This document shows, piece after piece, positions 1 to 9,000 of a stretch of 64,000 bases of DNA. A model generated the notes under the pieces. The model had not been told where the DNA came from. It saw nothing but the letters and a program-made list of their open reading frames with translations, and ran no database searches. The stretch lies in contig JAFYDA010000056.1 in the NCBI GenBank assembly GCA_017545045.1, positions 2,544-66,543 of the forward strand, given 5' to 3'. Position 1 is the stretch's first letter; each line of letters opens with the position of its first letter. A program made the translations under genes and the position numbers. The DNA comes from Prevotella sp. Lineage in GTDB: Bacteria; Bacteroidota; Bacteroidia; Bacteroidales; Bacteroidaceae.

Positions 1-3000
1 CACCCGTTGACGGACTGGACTACAGTCACATGGCCTTGAGCGACATACGTCTCGGCGTGGACTCCATCTACTACGGTCCGCGAGGCACCTCTTTATATCT
101 TCGTGAGACGGCCATGAAGGAGAAAAGCGGTCTGCAGCTGACGGCGTTGACGGGCGGCGTCAGGCTCGACACAGCCTTTACTCACATCGACATGCCGCAG
201 ATGATGCTGCGTACGCCCGACTCCGCCATAGACGCCGAAGTGAGCATGGACTTCAGCGCGGTAACGCCACCGCAGAATCCTTCCCTTGAAAGTAAGGAAA
301 ACGATGGAGGAAAAATGCGCGTCCGCCTGAATGCCCAGATTGGCAAGCAGGACTTGATGCGCTTCGTGGGTGGACTGCCACAGTCGTTCGTCCGCCGGTA
401 TCCCAATCATCCGCTCATGGTCAAGGGCTCTGTGAACGGCAATATGCAGCAGATGGACCTGACGGGCATAGACATTACGCTGCCTACGGCCTTCCACCTG
501 ACGACCAACGGTAAGGTGGGAAATGTGACAGACATGCAGCGGCTGATGGCCGACATCACCTTGAGTGCCAAGACAGAGGACATGAACTTTGTAACGGCAT
601 TCGTCCCAGACTTGGGACTACGTATTCCACGCGGCATCACCCTCGACGGCGCGCTTAAGGCCAATGGGCAGCATTACGCTGCCAACTTCGCACTGAAGGA
701 AGGCAACGGTATCGTGAAAGGCAACTTGTCGACCACACGGCCGACAGACGTCACGGCCTATAAGGGCGACATCACGATAGACCGGCTGAACCTCTACCAC
801 TTCCTGCCACAGGACTCGCTCTACGCCCTGACGGCTGACCTGACCGCCACCGCCACCATGAAAGACGGGCGGGCCATCGTCAGCGCCGAAGGCCACAACA
901 GCCTGTTCGACGGACTCCTTACTGCCGATGCCCTGCTGACAACGAAAAAGGCCGAAGCCACCATCAATGCCGATATCGACCACGTGGACCTCTATCAGAT
1001 GAAGCTCGTTGAGAAACCGCTGGCCGTAGGCCTCTGCGGCCATTTCAACCTTGAGTCAGACATGAAACTGACTCACAGCATGACCGCCATTGTGAGCGAT
1101 TTGACGGTGAACGACGAGAGAGGGACATATCATCCTGAGAAGGTGGGACTGCTCGTCAAGACACGCCCAGACACTACGTACGTACGTGCCCAGAGCGGCG
1201 ACCTGATTGTGAAACTCGATGCCAGCGGCGACTATGAGCGGCTGCTGAACAGTCTGACACAGCTCGGCGATTCGGTCGTCGGTCAGCTGGAAGCCAAAGT
1301 GATAGACCAGTCGGCCATCAAGCGCCTGCTGCCCACCATGAAACTGCATGTGGAGAGCCGGCAGAACAATCCTGTCGCTAACGTTCTGAAGAACAACAAG
1401 ATTGTCTTCAAGGAACTGTTCCTCGACCTCAATACCTCGCCCTTGACAGGAGTCAACGGCCAGAGCTACCTCTATTCGCTTGTCTACGACAGCACCCGCA
1501 TCGACACCGTCAGGCTGAACATGACACAGAAGGGCGAGCGGATAACCTATCAGGCTCAGGTGCGCAACAACAAACGGAACCCGCAGTTTGTCTTCAACGC
1601 CCTCATCGACGGTCATCTGCACGAACACGGGCTGTTGGCAGGCCTGCGCTACTTCGACAGCCACGACAAGATGGGCCTCCGCATAGGAGCAACGGCAGAA
1701 ATGACGACAGACGGCATACGCCTGAAACTGATGCCCGACCGTCCGATGCTGGGCTATAAGGAGTTCAACCTGAACAGCGACAACTTCGTACTGCTTCGCA
1801 AGGACCGCAGAATCATGGCCAAGGTAGACCTTGTTGCTGACGACAAGACGGGTATCATGGTTTATTCTGAAGAGACAGACTCTGCCATGATGCAGGACAT
1901 GACCGTCAGCATCCACCAGTTAGACTTGGGCGAACTGACGTCGGTCATTCCCTATCTGCCGCGCATCACGGGACAACTCAATGGCGACTACCATATCATG
2001 CAGGACCGGCAGGAACATATTTCAATGGCCTCCGACATGTCCGTCAGGCAGATGACCTATGAGGGCGCACCCATCGGCAACATCAGCACCGAGTTGGTCT
2101 ATCTGAAGACTGAAGATAACAGCCACGCCGTGGATGCACGACTGATGCTCGACGACGAGGAGTTCGGACTGCTGCGCGGAAACTTCGGATCCAACGCCTC
2201 TGGTGAGGGAACCATCGACGCCATTTTCTCCATGACGCGCTTCCCGCTGTCGCTGGTCAACGGTTTTGTCACCGACCAGATTATCGGTCTCGAAGGCTAT
2301 GGCGAGGGAACTCTTTCCATCAAGGGCACCACCAGTCGGCCGAAGGTCAACGGTGAAATCTATCTTGACTCTGCCTATCTGGTCAGTCTGCCCTACGGCG
2401 TACGCATGCGCTTCGACAACGACCCCGTACGCATCGTAGAATCCCATCTGCTGTTGGAGAACTTCGGACTCTACGCCTACAACGAAGAACCGCTGAACAT
2501 GCAGGGCGATATCGACTTCTCAAACACTGAGCGTATTACGATGGACATGCGCATGAGGGCCCGTAACCTGCAACTTATCAACGCCCGTCAGGAGGCGAAA
2601 TCCATAGCCTTCGGCAAGGCCTTCGTAAACTTCTTCGCCCGCATGCAAGGACCGCTGGAAACACTCAGCATGCGTGGCCGTCTCGATGTGCTCAGTTCCA
2701 CAGACCTCACCTATATGTTGCTCGACTCACCGCTCTCTACGGATAATCGTCTGGAGGAACTGGTGAAGTTCACCGACTTCAGCGACACCACGCAGGTCAT
2801 CAGCGTCAGCCGTCCCACTCCATCAGGACTGGATATGGACCTCACCGTGAGTGTGTCGCAGGGTGCTCACTTCATCTGCGACTTGAATGCGGAACAAACC
2901 AATTACATCGACCTGATGGGCGGTGGCGACCTCCGCATGCGCTATAACGGCGAAGGCCTCAACCTGACGGGGCGCTACACGCTGTCGAACGGTGAGATGA

Positions 3001-3872
3001 AATACTCGCTGCCTGTCATTCCGCTCAAGACGTTCACCATTCAGGACGGCAGCTACGTGGAGTTCTCGGGCGATCCCATGAACCCACGGCTGAACATCAC
3101 AGCCACCGAACGCACCAAGGCCACCGTGAACGGTGAAGGCGGTGGTACGCGCAGCGTCACCTTCGACTGTGGCGTCATCATTACCAAGACCCTGAACGAC
3201 ATGGGACTGCAGTTTATCATCGAGGCTCCTGAGGATATGACCATCAACGGCGAGCTTCAGTCCATGTCAGTAGAAGAGCGCGGCAAACTGGCCGTCACCA
3301 TGCTGACGACGGGCATGTACCTGGCTGGCGGCACTGGCAGCTTCTCCATGAACTCTGCGCTCAGTTCGTTCCTGCAAGGCGAGATCAACAACATTACAGG
3401 CAAGGCCTTAAGCACGCTCGACCTGCAGGTGGGACTCGACAATACTACTGATGCCTCGGGCCAGATGCACACAGACTATTCGTTCAAGTTTGCCAAACGA
3501 TTCATGAACAACCGTCTGAAGATCCAACTCGGCGGAAAAGTATCGTCGGGAAACGAGATGCCGGGGCAGAAACAGTCTTTCTTCGATAACGTGACGATGG
3601 AGTATCGGCTGAACCAGGAGGGAACGCAGAACCTCAAGCTGTTCTACCAGCAGAATGTCTACGACTGGCTCGACGGCTATACTGGAGTCTACGGCGGCGG
3701 TTTCATCTGGCGGCGCAAATTGCAGGATTTCTGGAGCATCTTTACGTTCTGGAAGAAAGAGCAGCAGCCCCTGATGACGCGCCCGTTGACAGCTCCCAGA
3801 GGCACACTGAACACGTTGACAGCTCCCAGAGACACACTGAACAGAGACTCTTTACGACATGAGAATAGATAA
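1..3872 (+). CDS. tamB: Translocation/assembly module TamB-family protein (5'-truncated by window edge)
   Basis: Frame is open from the window start (PVDGLDYSH before Met at 30). Long beta-rich protein with a DUF490-like C-terminus (FSGDPMNPRLNITA...YSFKFAKRF); overlaps a downstream Omp85 gene. Confidence 0.85.
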   Translation, partial: PVDGLDYSHMALSDIRLGVDSIYYGPRGTSLYLRETAMKEKSGLQLTALTGGVRLDTAFTHIDMPQMMLRTPDSAIDAEVSMDFSAVTPPQNPSLESKENDGGKMRVRLNAQIGKQDLMRFVGGLPQSFVRRYPNHPLMVKGSVNGNMQQMDLTGIDITLPTAFHLTTNGKVGNVTDMQRLMADITLSAKTEDMNFVTAFVPDLGLRIPRGITLDGALKANGQHYAANFALKEGNGIVKGNLSTTRPTDVTAYKGDITIDRLNLYHFLPQDSLYALTADLTATATMKDGRAIVSAEGHNSLFDGLLTADALLTTKKAEATINADIDHVDLYQMKLVEKPLAVGLCGHFNLESDMKLTHSMTAIVSDLTVNDERGTYHPEKVGLLVKTRPDTTYVRAQSGDLIVKLDASGDYERLLNSLTQLGDSVVGQLEAKVIDQSAIKRLLPTMKLHVESRQNNPVANVLKNNKIVFKELFLDLNTSPLTGVNGQSYLYSLVYDSTRIDTVRLNMTQKGERITYQAQVRNNKRNPQFVFNALIDGHLHEHGLLAGLRYFDSHDKMGLRIGATAEMTTDGIRLKLMPDRPMLGYKEFNLNSDNFVLLRKDRRIMAKVDLVADDKTGIMVYSEETDSAMMQDMTVSIHQLDLGELTSVIPYLPRITGQLNGDYHIMQDRQEHISMASDMSVRQMTYEGAPIGNISTELVYLKTEDNSHAVDARLMLDDEEFGLLRGNFGSNASGEGTIDAIFSMTRFPLSLVNGFVTDQIIGLEGYGEGTLSIKGTTSRPKVNGEIYLDSAYLVSLPYGVRMRFDNDPVRIVESHLLLENFGLYAYNEEPLNMQGDIDFSNTERITMDMRMRARNLQLINARQEAKSIAFGKAFVNFFARMQGPLETLSMRGRLDVLSSTDLTYMLLDSPLSTDNRLEELVKFTDFSDTTQVISVSRPTPSGLDMDLTVSVSQGAHFICDLNAEQTNYIDLMGGGDLRMRYNGEGLNLTGRYTLSNGEMKYSLPVIPLKTFTIQDGSYVEFSGDPMNPRLNITATERTKATVNGEGGGTRSVTFDCGVIITKTLNDMGLQFIIEAPEDMTINGELQSMSVEERGKLAVTMLTTGMYLAGGTGSFSMNSALSSFLQGEINNITGKALSTLDLQVGLDNTTDASGQMHTDYSFKFAKRFMNNRLKIQLGGKVSSGNEMPGQKQSFFDNVTMEYRLNQEGTQNLKLFYQQNVYDWLDGYTGVYGGGFIWRRKLQDFWSIFTFWKKEQQPLMTRPLTAPRGTLNTLTAPRDTLNRDSLRHENR
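3784..3843 (+). repeat. 30-bp tandem duplication in the TamB C-terminal tail
   Basis: CGTTGACAGCTCCCAGAG(G/A)CACACTGAACA x2, encoding LTAPRGTLNT/LTAPRDTLNR. Confidence 0.9.
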
Positions 3873-6282
3873 GGTTATCATATTACTGCCTTTGTCGCTG
3901 CTGCTGACTGCCTGCTCCATGACAAAGAACATCCCCGAGGGTGAACAGCTCTTCACGGGCGTGAAGAACATTAAATATGCCGATGAACGGGATGACGGTC
4001 ACGAGAAACACCTGGACACGACAAAGGAGGAAATAGAGGCTGCGCTGGCTACGGTTCCCAACGGTTCGCTCTTCGGCAGCAGCAAGTACACCGTTCCCTG
4101 GTCGTGGCACCTGTGGGTCTACAACAAATATTCGCAGAAACAGTCGAAGTTTGCCCGATGGATGACCAAGTCGTTCGGCAAGCCGCCCGTGCTCATGAGT
4201 CAAGTGAACCCCGCACTTCGTGCTTCGGTGGCTCAATCGGTGCTCAGGAACAATGGTTACTTCCGCGGTGACGTCACATACGAGGCCGTCCCCCTGAAGA
4301 ATCCGAAAAAGAGCAAAATAAGCTATACCGTCAGGCTTGACTCGCTCTTTACGCTCGACAGCATAGCATATATGGGATTTCCTGATGCCTCCCAGCGGCT
4401 CATCGATTCTACAGCCGCCGAGACCGCTATCAGACGAGGTGACCCCTTTACGGTGGCTGCACTCGAAGACGAGCGGGCGCGCATCAGCAACCTCTTCCGC
4501 AACAATGGCTATTATTACTACAATACCGGTTATGCCTCCTATCTGGCCGACACGGTTGCAGTAGAAAACCGCGTACAGCTGCGCTTCCAGCTGGCCGATG
4601 AATTGCCAGAAGAGTCGCAGCACAAATGGTTTATCGGCACGACCACCATACAATTCCGAAAAATAGCGCGTGAGCAGATGACCGACAGTCTGATACGCCG
4701 AAGCACCCGCTTCTTCTTTAACGGCAAGAAGCCGCCCGTGCGTCCGCGTGTCGTGCTGAAAGAATTGCAGCTACGTCCACGTCAGGAGTTCAGTTATGCC
4801 AAGTATCAGGAGTCGGTCAGCAAGATGAATGCTACAGGCATGTTCAGTAGCATGGATTTCCAGTTTACGCCCAGGCCTGATACCGACTCACTCGACATGA
4901 CCATCAATTGTGTGTTCGACAAGCCCTATGACTTCTATGTTGAGGCGAATGCCGTGGGACGCACCATCGGGCGCTATGGTCCGGAAGTCAAGATTGGCTT
5001 TGTCAAGCGAAATGCTTTCAAGGGCGGTGAGAAACTCGACATCAACCTTCACGGCTCTAACGAATGGCAGATAAACGGCGGCGGTGGTAACAACAACACC
5101 TACCAGTATGGTGCTGACGCGTCGATAGAGTTTCCGCGTATCATTGCACCGTTCTATAACAGTGACCGTCGCAGGATAGACAAGCAGACGGGCCGTCCCA
5201 AGCCCCGACGCTTCTACTCCACGCCGACCACGCTGGCCAAGGCATCCTTCGACATTATCAACCGTCCAGATTTCTACAGAATGCACGTGGCAGCTGGAGA
5301 GTGGACGTACCGGTGGCAGTCGTCGGCGCAGAGCCGTCATGAATTCTCGCCCCTGACTCTGAAATATCAGAAAATGAACACTTTTACCGAGAAGTTCATA
5401 TCCCTGATGAGTGAGAATCCTTATATGAGTGTGGCTATGGATGACTACTTCATACCGAAAATGCGCTATACCTATTTATATTCCAGCCCTGCTACTTTCA
5501 GAAATCCTATTCGCTGGGAGACCACCGTCGAAGAGGCTGGCAACGTGGTGTCGTTGTGGGATGTGCTTGGGGGACACGGATGGAACGAGAAACGAAAGAC
5601 GTTCTTTAAGAATCCCTATTCACAATTCGTTAAGGTGGAGACCGACCTGACCAAGACTTGGAGAGTCAGTAACACCTCTGCTCTCGTCGGTCACCTGAAT
5701 GCAGGATTGTTCTACTATTATGGTAATAGCGATGACATACCTTTCAGCGAAACATTCTATGCCGGTGGTGCCAACAGCATACGTGCCTTTACCGTCAGGG
5801 ACATCGGTCCGGGTGCTTTCAGCCTTACTTCCTTAGGCGTAGCCAACCGCCAGTTCGCCTACGTATTGCAGAACGGCGATATGAAACTGGTTGGCAATCT
5901 GGAATACCGTCCACAGCTTTTCGGAAATCTTGAGGGAGCGCTCTTCCTGGATGTTGGCAATGTGTGGCTGAGGAAAAATGAATATACCGTTGACGATCTC
6001 GTTGCCAGTGACGACATGACCGAAGAACAGGGAAAGGTTATGATGCAGGTTATCAATGAACTTATCGAACCGATGATATTCCACCCGTCTACGTTTCTCA
6101 AGCAGCTGGCGGTGGGCACAGGCATAGGACTGCGCTACAACCTGGGATTCCTCGCCATACGCCTCGACTGGGGCATAGCGTTGCATGTGCCCTACAGAAC
6201 CGAGCGTTCCCGCTATTTCTTCAACTGGAATCGCTTCAAGGATGCGCAAGCCCTGCACTTCGCCATCGGTTATCCCTTCTAA
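3859..6282 (+). CDS. Omp85/BamA-TamA family outer-membrane lipoprotein (TamL-like)
   Basis: Lipobox LLTAC, POTRA-like region, FYAGGANSIRAF motif and C-terminal HFAIGYPF; paired with tamB. Confidence 0.85.
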   Translation: MRIDKVIILLPLSLLLTACSMTKNIPEGEQLFTGVKNIKYADERDDGHEKHLDTTKEEIEAALATVPNGSLFGSSKYTVPWSWHLWVYNKYSQKQSKFARWMTKSFGKPPVLMSQVNPALRASVAQSVLRNNGYFRGDVTYEAVPLKNPKKSKISYTVRLDSLFTLDSIAYMGFPDASQRLIDSTAAETAIRRGDPFTVAALEDERARISNLFRNNGYYYYNTGYASYLADTVAVENRVQLRFQLADELPEESQHKWFIGTTTIQFRKIAREQMTDSLIRRSTRFFFNGKKPPVRPRVVLKELQLRPRQEFSYAKYQESVSKMNATGMFSSMDFQFTPRPDTDSLDMTINCVFDKPYDFYVEANAVGRTIGRYGPEVKIGFVKRNAFKGGEKLDINLHGSNEWQINGGGGNNNTYQYGADASIEFPRIIAPFYNSDRRRIDKQTGRPKPRRFYSTPTTLAKASFDIINRPDFYRMHVAAGEWTYRWQSSAQSRHEFSPLTLKYQKMNTFTEKFISLMSENPYMSVAMDDYFIPKMRYTYLYSSPATFRNPIRWETTVEEAGNVVSLWDVLGGHGWNEKRKTFFKNPYSQFVKVETDLTKTWRVSNTSALVGHLNAGLFYYYGNSDDIPFSETFYAGGANSIRAFTVRDIGPGAFSLTSLGVANRQFAYVLQNGDMKLVGNLEYRPQLFGNLEGALFLDVGNVWLRKNEYTVDDLVASDDMTEEQGKVMMQVINELIEPMIFHPSTFLKQLAVGTGIGLRYNLGFLAIRLDWGIALHVPYRTERSRYFFNWNRFKDAQALHFAIGYPF

Positions 6283-6350
6283 GATGCGAAAAGTGAGGAG
6301 CGAGGAGTGAAAAGTATCGGAAAAAGTTTGGCACTTTCAAATTAAGTTTG

Positions 6351-6358
6351 TATCTTTG
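6351..6358 (+). promoter_or_regulatory. Bacteroidetes primary-sigma -7 element
   Basis: TATCTTTG matches TAnnTTTG, with TTTG at 6327-6330 upstream; precedes the ATG at 6397. Confidence 0.65.
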
Positions 6359-6396
6359 CGAACAGTTATGTATAACCTTTTAATAACATTAAGATT

Positions 6397-7314
6397 ATGA
6401 AACCGACTCTATTTCTACTTGCTGCTGGCATGGGCAGCCGCTATGGTGGTCTGAAACAGCTCGACGGGCTGGGCCCCAACGGCGAAACGATTATGGACTA
6501 CAGTATTTACGACGCCATTCAGGCAGGCTTCGGAAAAATCGTATGGGTCATCCGTAAGGACTTCGAGGAGCAGTTCCGTACGCAAATTCTCTCGAAGTAT
6601 GAGGGACAGGTGCCATGCGAGCTCTGCTTCCAGGCGCTCGACTCGCTGCCCGCAGGTTTTAGCGTGCCCGAAGGCCGTGTCAAGCCGTGGGGAACAAACC
6701 ACGCCGTGCTCATGGGTAAGGACGTCATCAAGGAACCGTTCTGCGTTATCAATTGCGACGACTTCTACGGCCGCGACGCCTTCATGCAGATAGGCAAGTT
6801 CCTGAGTAACCTCCCAGAGGGCTCTACCAATACCTACGCAATGGTGGGTTTCCGTTGCTGCAACACGCTCTCTGAGAACGGCTCCGTGGCCCGTGGCGTC
6901 TGTGCATATAATGACAAGCGCCATCTGACCGATGTCGTGGAGCGTACTGAGATCATGCGCATTGCCGACAAGGGTAATGCCATCTGCTACAAGGATGGCG
7001 ACGAGTGGTTCCCGCTGGAAGAGAACGTTCCCGTGTCGATGAACATGTGGGGCTTCACACCTGATTACTTTGAGCACAGCGAGGCTTACTTCAAGGAGTT
7101 CCTCAGCGACCCGAAGAACATGGAGAATCTGAAGGCTGAATTCTTCATTCCGCTGATGGTCAACAAGCTGATAACCGAGGGTACGGCTACTTGCGAAGTG
7201 CTTGACACCACCTCGAAGTGGTTTGGCGTTACCTACGCTGCCGACCGCCAGGCTACCGTCGACCGTATCCAAAAGCTGGTTGACGACGGTGTCTATCCCA
7301 ACAAATTGTTCTGA
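6397..7314 (+). CDS. Sugar-phosphate nucleotidyltransferase family protein
   Basis: N-terminal LLAAGMGSRYGGLKQ signature, plus KPWGTNHAV and INCDDFYG. Confidence 0.85.
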   Translation: MKPTLFLLAAGMGSRYGGLKQLDGLGPNGETIMDYSIYDAIQAGFGKIVWVIRKDFEEQFRTQILSKYEGQVPCELCFQALDSLPAGFSVPEGRVKPWGTNHAVLMGKDVIKEPFCVINCDDFYGRDAFMQIGKFLSNLPEGSTNTYAMVGFRCCNTLSENGSVARGVCAYNDKRHLTDVVERTEIMRIADKGNAICYKDGDEWFPLEENVPVSMNMWGFTPDYFEHSEAYFKEFLSDPKNMENLKAEFFIPLMVNKLITEGTATCEVLDTTSKWFGVTYAADRQATVDRIQKLVDDGVYPNKLF

Positions 7315-7327
7315 TAATGTACATTTT

Positions 7328-7411
7328 TACGCGGAGGCTCTACAGAATTCTGGGGAGCCTCCGCAGAATTACAGGGAGCCTCCGCAGAATTCTGTGGAGG
7401 CTCCCTGTAAA
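7328..7411. repeat. Array 1 of 21-bp palindromic units (A-A-A-A)
   Basis: Four units at 7328, 7349, 7370 and 7391, related to TCTGCGGAG-G-CTCCGCAGA. Positions 7369-7410 form a near-perfect 42-bp palindrome centred on GAATTC. Lies between convergent genes. Confidence 0.9.
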
Positions 7412-7426
7412 TAGGCTATAACAAAC

Positions 7427-8083
7427 TCAGAATTCTTGTAGCTGGCCCTTCGAAAGCTTAATCATGCCGTTGGCGACGGTGTCCTTGCCGTCGTAGACGA
7501 TGCGGACCATGGCCATATCGCGGATGAAGTCAACGGCACCTACGTCGATTTTGATGATTTTCACGCCAAGGCGCTTCTCAAGGTCGGCCTTCAGTTCGTC
7601 GCGGCGCTCCGGGGTGATGAGTTCCATGCGGTCGTACTGGATGAGTTTCGAGGGCTTTGTCTTGAGGTTGATTTCACACAGCCATACGGCAACGGCAACG
7701 ATGAGGTTGGTGATGAGCAGCTCCAGAATGGGCACTCCCTCGGCAATGGCGTTGACAACGGCTAAGGCGATAATAATAAAGAGGTAGGTCATCTCACGCA
7801 CGGGCATGGCGTCCGTACGGTAGCGCATAATGGAGAAAATGCCGAAGAGTCCGATACCGATACCCATCGATGTCTTTCCCTTCATGTCCTCGAGCACGAA
7901 AATCATGAAGAAGACAATGAAGAAGATGGCGATGGAGATGAGCATGAACGTGAAGCAGAAGTCGCGGCGCTTGCTCTTCTTGTAATACAGTCGCATGGTG
8001 ATGAACCACGTGACGATGACGCTGATAAGCAGACGCAGGAGCATCTGCGTAAAACTAGGGGAGAAACTGAGTAAATCCATCAT
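7427..8083 (-). CDS. DUF4956 family membrane protein
   Basis: Multi-TM protein with GIGLFGIFSIMRYRTDAMPVREMTYLF motif; downstream of a VTC-domain gene. Confidence 0.8.
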   Translation of the reverse strand: MMDLLSFSPSFTQMLLRLLISVIVTWFITMRLYYKKSKRRDFCFTFMLISIAIFFIVFFMIFVLEDMKGKTSMGIGIGLFGIFSIMRYRTDAMPVREMTYLFIIIALAVVNAIAEGVPILELLITNLIVAVAVWLCEINLKTKPSKLIQYDRMELITPERRDELKADLEKRLGVKIIKIDVGAVDFIRDMAMVRIVYDGKDTVANGMIKLSKGQLQEF

Positions 8084-8119
8084 AATCCTTTACGTTATTA
8101 TTGTTTATTATTTATTGAT

Positions 8120-8905
8120 TCATTTTTCACTCTTGGTTTTGCCTTTCAACAGTCGTTGAATGTCGTTGAGTTTGGGCTTCAGGCGGTTGCAGTGGAGGGC
8201 GGTGTTGGTGAGTGCCGATCCGATGACGTACTTGGAGAAGCCGTGGGGCTTGATGCGGAGGTCGCGGAGCATGGCAAGGATGGGCGATGGCACGAGTCCG
8301 TCGCGCTTCAGTTCGATAATGACAATGTCTTCCATTGAACGTGTGTTTCCCGTGGCCACGTTGTGGAAGCGCAGGTTGGTGTCGATGGTCAGGCGCTCGG
8401 TCTTGCCCTTGTTGACAAGTGTGATGCGGCTGAAACGGTTTTCCAACTGGCGGCTGAGCGTCGTGGGATCGTAGCGCAGGTTCGTGTGGAGAAAATCGGC
8501 GAACTGAGGGCTGACGACAGAGAACTGACTGCTGTCGTCCGGGTTGAAGTCGTCGAGCGAGACACGTTTCTTCTTCGTCCGTCCGCGGTTGTTCTTGGTC
8601 TTCACCTCAAGAAAGTTGAGGTGGGAATCGACGTAGGAACGCACCCGCAGCTTCTGGCGGTTGGTGTGTCCCGTCTCATGCATCGTGTACATATTGCAGT
8701 CGGGCGTGTCGAAATAGACTGTGTAGTAGGCTGCAATGTGCGAGTGGTCGATTTCCTGCACATAGTAGTCGTTGCAGGCCATCTGAAGCAGCCGCTCAAG
8801 CATGGGGCGTGTGGTGACGAACTTCGTGTCGGTGCGGTTCATCAGACGTATGCCGCTCATTTCGTCGAGCGTGATGGGGGCAAACTGTTTGAGGATTTCT
8901 TCCAT
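8120..8905 (-). CDS. Polyphosphate polymerase (VTC/CYTH-like) domain protein
   Basis: MNRTDTKF, YFDT, KLRVRSY, LEVKTK, RLTID, IIELK and FSKY motifs. Confidence 0.85.
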   Translation of the reverse strand: MEEILKQFAPITLDEMSGIRLMNRTDTKFVTTRPMLERLLQMACNDYYVQEIDHSHIAAYYTVYFDTPDCNMYTMHETGHTNRQKLRVRSYVDSHLNFLEVKTKNNRGRTKKKRVSLDDFNPDDSSQFSVVSPQFADFLHTNLRYDPTTLSRQLENRFSRITLVNKGKTERLTIDTNLRFHNVATGNTRSMEDIVIIELKRDGLVPSPILAMLRDLRIKPHGFSKYVIGSALTNTALHCNRLKPKLNDIQRLLKGKTKSEK

Positions 8906-9000
8906 CTGTTCAGGTTTTATGTTTGTCGTGCAAATTTAGTCATTTCGTTTTATTCTCGCAAGATTATTCAGCGAAAAGGTCATTAGGTTCTGCGAATTAC

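Noticed and set aside
3784-3843. TamB and DsbD (15533-15572) tandem duplications as a system
   Set aside because: They are ordinary slippage duplications in flexible tails or linkers, unrelated in sequence to the arrays.
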